A stretch of DNA of 57,515 bases, from NCBI GenBank assembly GCA_947628495.1, contig CANRAC010000001.1:1-57515 (forward strand). The letters run 5' to 3'. The notes under the pieces are model-generated. The model saw only the letters and a list, made by a program, of their open reading frames with translations. It ran no database searches and was not told the DNA's origin. Below are positions 51,198-57,515 of the stretch, in pieces (position 1 is the stretch's first letter; every line of letters starts with the position of its first letter). The position numbers and the translations under genes were made by a program. The stretch is from an uncultured Bacilli bacterium (lineage in GTDB: Bacteria; Bacillota_I; Bacilli_A; RF39; UBA660).

Positions 51198-53912
51198 ATG
51201 GCAAATAACAATATATTTCAACGACAAATAACTCCAGTTAAACCTAAAGTGCTTGAGCAAGAGCGTATTTATGTTTACACACCAATAGCAGATACGTCTA
51301 CTCAAGGTATCGCAAGTTATAACGATACAGACTTTAAAGTTAACAGAGGTGTAGTGTCATTGATTTGGCCGGAGCAAATGTTAGTTGAACAATTAGCCGA
51401 CCCTCTCGCAAATGTAAGTAATATAAAATTATTGTCAGATGAGTTTGAGCATACAAATACTCCTGCCACAGTGACTAATCCTACTACAAAGACAACTTAT
51501 ACAAGCAATACTGCTGAAGTAAAATTAAACAGAAAAGACAGAAATGCTTTTGAGAAACCTGATTTAGTTATGTTAGACCAAAATGACTTTGAGGCCACTA
51601 CTCAAGACAACACAGATTATGTTAAATATACACTTAAAAAGAATGACCCGCTGGCTACTCCATCTTTGGTGCAGCTAGATAATCAAGATTTTAAACGTGA
51701 TGTGCAAGGTATTGTGTCAATTAACTGGCCTTATGCTCATGATGGTAGTGGTACTACTAAAACTAATGGTTATGGTTTAGTTAAAATATCAACTAATAAT
51801 GGTTTAAAATTTGATACTGCTGGCAATTTACAATTAGATCCATTAGGTATTAAAGTTCATCCAACATATGGAGGTAATGCTTCTAATGGCTTTACGAATT
51901 ATTCTAGTTATGTTGACTCAAATGGTTTAGCAACAAGAGACGAGAATGGTTATCCTAAGTTAGCAATTACTAAGGAAGCAGTTGGTTTAAGTAAAGTAGA
52001 AAATAAAGCCATCACTGAATATAAATATACTGATATGGACTATTTTGGTTTTCAATACCCAATAGAACGTAAATTTGAGAATGTGTATAATACTTTTAGA
52101 CAAGAGGACAAAGCTTTAGAGAAAAAATGGTTTGGTGACTGGAACCCTCCAGCTGAGAGCAAAAATACCCCTCAAAAGTGGTTAGCAGCTTTAGACGAAA
52201 ATGACGACTCAATCTGGGAAAGTATTATGTCATTAAAAACTTTCTTAGGTTACTATGAAAACTTAGAAGCTTTAAAATCAGTTCATCCGGCTAATAGAGA
52301 TGTGTATGGAGCAACGGCGTATTTACTTGATAGTCAAAGTTATTGGGCGGTACGTGTTTCTGGAGTAGATTATTTTGTTGCTCACGACGAAGAATTTGAT
52401 GCATTTATAATTGAGAATAAAGATAAGTTCAAACCAGGAGATAGAATTGGTATAATTGATACAAATCAAGTATATCAATGGAATGGTGAACAAGCAAAAT
52501 TATTAAGTGAACCTTTAAGCTATGAATGGTATAATTCTTACGTTGTTACTGCAGAATTTACTGACTATATGGAAACTGATGCTAAAAAGTTTAAACCAAA
52601 TGGAACGGCAGCGGCTGGTACTAGTGGTTTATGGGCGCAGTCTGATCACGTGCATCCTACTGATGAGACGAGATTAGCAGCAGATGTGTATAATTCTACT
52701 GTTATAAATATTGCTAGCGAACTTGAAAGTGAACATGATAACTTCAAAATAATATTTGATGCACAAACTCCAGAACAAATTGTAAATATACCATATGTGC
52801 GTAAAGGACAATATCTACACAACTGGAATGGACAGGATACCTTCTTAGATAGTGAGACCTCTACCGAAAGATATTGGCGTGGTACAGCTCAGGAGTTTAA
52901 TGACTCATTAGAGAGTATACCAAATAACACTATTATAATGGTTGACGATGGCGAGAATGGCGACTTAAGTGAAAATATTGTCAGTGCTGGTGTGTTATCA
53001 AATCAAGGTATTACTATTGACACAGCTAATATCAATGAACAATTTGTTATTGTTAAACGCAATAGTGTTGATGAGCTATTAAATAAACCTTTAACTTTAA
53101 CTAAAACTAAAGACATTAATGGTGAAGATGACCGATATGTGCTTAAAGCACTTGATTTAGGTACTCCAGGTAGACAATTAACTGTCGGAGATGATGGCGC
53201 ATTTAGTACAAAAACTTATACTGATAATCTGCTAGTTTCTGCAATTAATGGCGACTTAACATCTATAGATATTGCGCCTAACTCATTATTAGTGACTAAT
53301 AGAAATGGTCAAGAAGTGACTTTAGAGTCAAATAAACTATTAGTTAGTGGTTCTAATAACACTATTGCGGTTAAGGACTTTGGCACTACTGCTAATAGAT
53401 TAGTAGTGACTGATGGTTTGGGCAACATTCGTCCACGCAGAAATAACGCAACTAATGTATTGTTAAAAACTGGTGAGAATAATATTGTTGAAGAAACAAA
53501 CATTAGTCCTGATAAATTATTATTTGTTCCTGAAAAAGTTGCTGATGGTGCTCTATTGTTGTCTAATACAACTAATACTCCTACACAATTTGTTACCACT
53601 GATGCTAATAAATTATTAGTAGCTAATGGGACTGGCGGTATTATGGAAAGCAGATTAGCTGCTAACAAATTGACTTATACAACCGCTGAAGGCATACTTG
53701 GAGCATTCCCTATGTCTGCTAGTGATGCAGGTAAAGTCATCGGTGTAAGTTCTAATGGCACTCCTACTCTATTTAATCAAGTATCAGTACCTACTACTCT
53801 ACCAGTTACAACTTATACAACTAACCCTGGTGCTAATGCAAATGGCTTAGTTATTTGCAAATTGACTGTCGACCCAGGTTTCTATCGTAAAGGCGTACTT
53901 TATATGTGGTAA
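51198..53912 (+). CDS. tail fibre/spike protein
   Basis: 904 aa. GTAAAGTSGLWAQSDHVHPTDE resembles the G-S-x-ARxDHxH motif of phage fibres. Has a repetitive beta-rich C-terminal half. Confidence 0.55.
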   Translation: MANNNIFQRQITPVKPKVLEQERIYVYTPIADTSTQGIASYNDTDFKVNRGVVSLIWPEQMLVEQLADPLANVSNIKLLSDEFEHTNTPATVTNPTTKTTYTSNTAEVKLNRKDRNAFEKPDLVMLDQNDFEATTQDNTDYVKYTLKKNDPLATPSLVQLDNQDFKRDVQGIVSINWPYAHDGSGTTKTNGYGLVKISTNNGLKFDTAGNLQLDPLGIKVHPTYGGNASNGFTNYSSYVDSNGLATRDENGYPKLAITKEAVGLSKVENKAITEYKYTDMDYFGFQYPIERKFENVYNTFRQEDKALEKKWFGDWNPPAESKNTPQKWLAALDENDDSIWESIMSLKTFLGYYENLEALKSVHPANRDVYGATAYLLDSQSYWAVRVSGVDYFVAHDEEFDAFIIENKDKFKPGDRIGIIDTNQVYQWNGEQAKLLSEPLSYEWYNSYVVTAEFTDYMETDAKKFKPNGTAAAGTSGLWAQSDHVHPTDETRLAADVYNSTVINIASELESEHDNFKIIFDAQTPEQIVNIPYVRKGQYLHNWNGQDTFLDSETSTERYWRGTAQEFNDSLESIPNNTIIMVDDGENGDLSENIVSAGVLSNQGITIDTANINEQFVIVKRNSVDELLNKPLTLTKTKDINGEDDRYVLKALDLGTPGRQLTVGDDGAFSTKTYTDNLLVSAINGDLTSIDIAPNSLLVTNRNGQEVTLESNKLLVSGSNNTIAVKDFGTTANRLVVTDGLGNIRPRRNNATNVLLKTGENNIVEETNISPDKLLFVPEKVADGALLLSNTTNTPTQFVTTDANKLLVANGTGGIMESRLAANKLTYTTAEGILGAFPMSASDAGKVIGVSSNGTPTLFNQVSVPTTLPVTTYTTNPGANANGLVICKLTVDPGFYRKGVLYMW

Positions 53913-53961
53913 AGTGTGTTAATATGATTAAAAATGAATATAATATATTAAGGAGACAAAC

Positions 53962-55416
53962 ATGAGTGTTTACTTAAAAGATGGTGCTGGTAATACTAAA
54001 AAGTTGGCTGGCTACATTACTCAAAGATTTAACACTAGATGGTTCTTATGTAAACGAAGTTTAGAAGACGGAGTTGAGTATTACGACATACCTGAAGAAG
54101 CCTCAACTTACTTTCAAGGTATAGAAGCTTATACTTTATATGCTTTTGGTTTTAATGAACCAAACACAACTACTAACCCTAAACTTAGACTTAAGGACAA
54201 AGTATTTGACATTTATGATTTTAATGCTGTTGGTGATACTCCGGTTTTAAGCAACCAGTTGCAAGGCGTATTTGAAATGTTTACTCAAGACTTAATAACT
54301 GACCCTAAAATGTATTTTACTAGTAGTGTTAATAATCGTGATAGTAGCACTTACGATAAATTGTTAAATCTACCAGTATTAAAAACTGGTAATACTGAGA
54401 GCTTAGAGCCAACTGAAGAAGTATTTAAAGACACTATAAATTTGCATCAAATCTCTAAAACTGGCAAATTGGCTGATGCTATTGAGGATGAAGAACATGT
54501 AACTATTAACCAAGAGCTTAAAGACAATCTTGCTAATGCTGTTAAAGCATATGTAGATGTGGATGGCTATTTGCATATTGATAGTTTGAATGCTCCACCA
54601 CCTCCACCTAGTCTTGAAAATATGTCTTGGGCTGATATTAAAGCAGCTTGGGATGAAAATCAAGGTGAGACTTTAGAGCTTGGCGACACTAAGACATTCA
54701 AAATGACCGATGAAGCTCAAACTGAAATATCTACTCGTTTAGTTAATAAGAGTAGTCCACGCGGTTTAGTATTTGAAATGACAGTAGCTTTTGACAAACA
54801 ATATTTATATAGTGAAGGTAATTCTACTGAATCTGGCCAGAGAGTATATCCGTCTGGTTCGAATTTCAGTCAGGTTTTAGAGCCATTATTTAAGCAGTTC
54901 CCAGAAGATTTAGTAGCAGTAGTTAATTCAATAACTTATAATAGCTATTCTACTGGAGAGTCATTATCTAATTGGTATTTTGTATCAGCTAAAGGTTTAT
55001 TTGCGCCAGCTATTACAGATTATATACCACATGAGATAATTGAGAGTTCGTTTGATACTACTACTGACTTGAGAAATGAAACTAAATGGAAATCAAATAG
55101 TGGTCTTGTTTTAGGTCAATTTGACTATTACAAACAGTTAGATATGGCTAATGTTGGTAGGAACGTTGAAAGTGAATATTTATTTAAATTACCTATTGAT
55201 GGTGAGTTTGAAAATAGTACACGTAACATATTTACTCGTACAGTTATCTATCAAGAAAGTATTGGAGCATTCTCACATGTACATTATCGTAATGTTTATA
55301 TCAAAATAAATACTGATAATAAAACTGGCGCTCCAGCTATGAGTCCTGAATATGATCCAAGTTTAAATGACAAGTATTACTTAACAGCATGTTTTAGAAT
55401 AGGAGGTGAAGCATAA
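53962..55416 (+). CDS. tail/receptor-binding-associated protein
   Basis: 484-aa ORF between two fibre-like genes with SD AAGGAGACAAAC-ATG. Confidence 0.4.
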   Translation: MSVYLKDGAGNTKKLAGYITQRFNTRWFLCKRSLEDGVEYYDIPEEASTYFQGIEAYTLYAFGFNEPNTTTNPKLRLKDKVFDIYDFNAVGDTPVLSNQLQGVFEMFTQDLITDPKMYFTSSVNNRDSSTYDKLLNLPVLKTGNTESLEPTEEVFKDTINLHQISKTGKLADAIEDEEHVTINQELKDNLANAVKAYVDVDGYLHIDSLNAPPPPPSLENMSWADIKAAWDENQGETLELGDTKTFKMTDEAQTEISTRLVNKSSPRGLVFEMTVAFDKQYLYSEGNSTESGQRVYPSGSNFSQVLEPLFKQFPEDLVAVVNSITYNSYSTGESLSNWYFVSAKGLFAPAITDYIPHEIIESSFDTTTDLRNETKWKSNSGLVLGQFDYYKQLDMANVGRNVESEYLFKLPIDGEFENSTRNIFTRTVIYQESIGAFSHVHYRNVYIKINTDNKTGAPAMSPEYDPSLNDKYYLTACFRIGGEA

Positions 55417-57323
55417 TGGCTAATCTAAAAGGTATTTATTTTGGCAAAGATATTTATGAAGTAAAAGCTGGTGATGGTTTAGAGAGATTAGAAGACAATA
55501 CTTTTAATGTTGATAAAACTGTTGCTCGTATAGAAATTGCTCCTACTGCTGATACAATACTTGCTTATGGACAAATTGGTTATGATGGTCTAGCAACTAA
55601 GATTGGTGATGGTAGTACTAAATGGTCTGAGTTACCTGCAATGGGTGTTGACGTTTCAGACTTAGTGACTAATGAACAATTGGTTACTACTTTAGCAGAA
55701 TATGCTAAAAGTGAAACTGTTAGCACATTAGAGCAAGAAGTAACTACTATTAAGAGCTATATACCTGCTACTGCTTCTGCTACAGACCAATTTGCAACTC
55801 AAGGCTTTGTGAATAGTTCAATTAACAATAGTGCTGCCTATTATTGTTCTAAGAATGCTGCTGGCGACCCATTCGCTACAAAAGCTGAATTAGATGCTGC
55901 TAAAACATTTTATAATAATGGTGAAGTTCGCATACCTACTCGAAATGACTATTGCACTGTTGTTAGTGATGAGAGTCAAGATCCTGACGAACTTGGACAT
56001 TACCCTACTACTCGTTATTACTATCAAGGGACTCAATGGGAACTTGGCTTTAAAGTAAATAACACTAGCTTCACCGATGTACAACTTGCAGCATTAAACT
56101 CTGGAGCAACCCAAGAGATTATTAGCAAGTTAGCCGATTTCGACGATAGTAATTATGTTAGAACTATAAATGAATGGATAGGAGTAAACGGTAAGCTTCA
56201 AGCAGTAATTAATAAATACCTTGATAATTCTCAATTTGGAATTACTCCAAGCGCATATTGTGATATGTATCTTAGTAATGAGAGTGGTCGTAGAGCAGGG
56301 TTATTCTTATCTAGCTATGTTACTGGTAGAAGCGATCCAGAATTTGCATTAACTACTCCACGAGTTTACTTTACTAGTAGTTTTGATACGAGTAGCTGGT
56401 CCGTTACTAATTTTTCTGATAACGAGCCTGGTAAGATAGGTATTAAGTTAGCTCATAGTAATTCTAGTAACAGCGCAACAATATATACTAAAGACAGCAC
56501 TGTAAAATTGGATGACGCTGAATTTACTTACACTAATGGTGATATTGTCAAACATCTTGAAAAAGCTATTACTGATGACGATATAACTCAAGAGTACTTA
56601 CGTAAAAAGTTAATGCCAAACACATCTGTTGTTATTGGTGGTAGTGCAGATCAAGCTTTAGATACTAATGATGTTGCAATTGGTTACGAGGCGTTAGTTA
56701 CAGGTGGTGGAGCAGCAGTTGGTTCTGAAACTAAAGCTAATGCTGGTGGTGCTATTGGCGCTTCAGCACAAACTACAAATGGTGGCGCTATTGGTCAAAA
56801 TGCTAGATCAACCACTGGTTTTGCTGGAGGCTTTAATGCTAGTGCAAGTGCTGATGGTGCAGTTCAATTAGGTCAAGGTGAAAATAAAGTTGCTAATACC
56901 CTTCAATTTAGAGATTGGACATTACTTGATTCTTCAGGCAAAATACCATCTGACAGATTGACTACAACTCCATTATACTTATGGACTTATACTACTCAAT
57001 TCATTGTTGCAAGTAGTGAAACAAGTGATGTAACTGCAAAAGGTACTTGGCAAATTTTATTGCATTTTGTAAATAGTGCAGCTACCGAGTCATTGATAAA
57101 AATTAATGCTTCATCATTATTAAGAGGTAACACAGTTGGTTATCCAGTTATTGCAAGTTGTGGTGGGGCTGGTCAAGCTAGTTGGATGATATATCAAAGT
57201 GGCACTTGGATGTTTATGAATAGCAATTTTGAGTTAGTCGCAAGTTTATCATCTTCTTCCTTAGAAACAAGTCACCAATTCTTGAGTTCAGGTACTTGGT
57301 TAAATCAGCGTTTAACTTGGTAG
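55416..57323 (+). CDS. tail fibre protein
   Basis: 635 aa. KIGDGSTKWSELP motif (seen in prophage hyaluronidase-type fibres) and Gly/Ala repeats (GGGAAVGSETKANAGGAIGASAQTTNGGAIGQNA) resembling adhesin head repeats. Confidence 0.6.
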   Translation: MANLKGIYFGKDIYEVKAGDGLERLEDNTFNVDKTVARIEIAPTADTILAYGQIGYDGLATKIGDGSTKWSELPAMGVDVSDLVTNEQLVTTLAEYAKSETVSTLEQEVTTIKSYIPATASATDQFATQGFVNSSINNSAAYYCSKNAAGDPFATKAELDAAKTFYNNGEVRIPTRNDYCTVVSDESQDPDELGHYPTTRYYYQGTQWELGFKVNNTSFTDVQLAALNSGATQEIISKLADFDDSNYVRTINEWIGVNGKLQAVINKYLDNSQFGITPSAYCDMYLSNESGRRAGLFLSSYVTGRSDPEFALTTPRVYFTSSFDTSSWSVTNFSDNEPGKIGIKLAHSNSSNSATIYTKDSTVKLDDAEFTYTNGDIVKHLEKAITDDDITQEYLRKKLMPNTSVVIGGSADQALDTNDVAIGYEALVTGGGAAVGSETKANAGGAIGASAQTTNGGAIGQNARSTTGFAGGFNASASADGAVQLGQGENKVANTLQFRDWTLLDSSGKIPSDRLTTTPLYLWTYTTQFIVASSETSDVTAKGTWQILLHFVNSAATESLIKINASSLLRGNTVGYPVIASCGGAGQASWMIYQSGTWMFMNSNFELVASLSSSSLETSHQFLSSGTWLNQRLTW

Positions 57324-57363
57324 CATATTCCTATATAAAATTGTCAGTTAAAAGGAGGTTAAA

Positions 57364-57515
57364 ATGGACTGGTCAATAATTATAAGTGATGTTCTAAAAG
57401 CCGTTTGTGCTATTGGCGGTAGCTTGATAGTAATCATTATTGGTATAGTTGCTAAAAAGATTTGTGCTAAACTCAAAGAAACTCGCCTTTATGATTTTAT
57501 CAAAGAAGCCGTTAA
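57364..57515 (+). CDS. holin, LL-H-like (N-terminal part; continues at nt 78..243 once the duplicated 77 nt are collapsed)
   Basis: ATG at 57364 preceded by AAAAGGAGG. The joined ORF (152 + 166 nt) encodes 105 aa: MDWSIIISDVLKAVCAIGGSLIVIIIGIVAKKICAKL...YLQALIEGAVYSLNNEL. It has a single N-terminal TM segment, and the C-terminal pattern resembles the LL-H holin family. Confidence 0.6.
   Translation, partial: MDWSIIISDVLKAVCAIGGSLIVIIIGIVAKKICAKLKETRLYDFIKEAV
57439..57515. repeat. 77-bp terminal direct repeat (copy 2)
   Basis: Exact copy of nt 1-77. Implies a circular or circularly permuted genome with 57,438 bp of unique sequence. Confidence 0.95.

Overview
The window is a complete, circularly closed genome of a tailed dsDNA phage. 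Nt 1-77 are identical to nt 57439-57515, so the unique length is 57,438 bp, and a holin-like gene reads in frame across the junction. The genome is AT-rich, and nearly every gene has a strong AGGAGG-type Shine-Dalgarno site. That, plus a sporulation-type sigma-70 family factor, suggests a Firmicutes-like host (inference).

There are two transcription arms:
- **+ strand (45057 -> end -> 1 -> 21629):** small and large terminase, portal, tail and fibre proteins, holin, membrane proteins, scaffold, capsid, then three very large proteins including a 3290-aa polyvalent protein.
- **- strand (44562 -> 21844):** small early genes, then sigma factor(s), ligase, a nucleotide-metabolism set (Tmk, dCMP deaminase, ThyX, dUTPase, SHMT), and a recombination/replication set (DUF2800 nuclease, DUF2815 SSB, VRR-NUC, SNF2 helicase, primase-helicase, family-B polymerase).

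I recognised no integrase, repressor or CRISPR array.

Most unusual observations:
1. A ~490-nt ORF-free, GC-enriched block (29445-29932, - strand) between the SSB-like gene and glyA. It is built from back-to-back tRNA-like modules that share a non-canonical T-arm hairpin. One module is a full 74-nt cloverleaf. Another is an acceptor/T-arm minihelix with an encoded ACCA, sitting in the SHMT leader.
2. The 3290-aa protein carries a zincin HExxH motif, an ART-like domain and a circularly permuted C5-cytosine methyltransferase domain.
3. The phage encodes a self-contained, DHFR-independent thymidylate cycle (ThyX + SHMT + dCMP deaminase + dUTPase + Tmk), and its ThyX signature motif is degenerate.
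4. Promoter-like double TATAAT boxes are centred between inverted repeats, and two AT-rich intergenic regions look paralogous.

All functional calls come from motifs read by eye. No database search was run.
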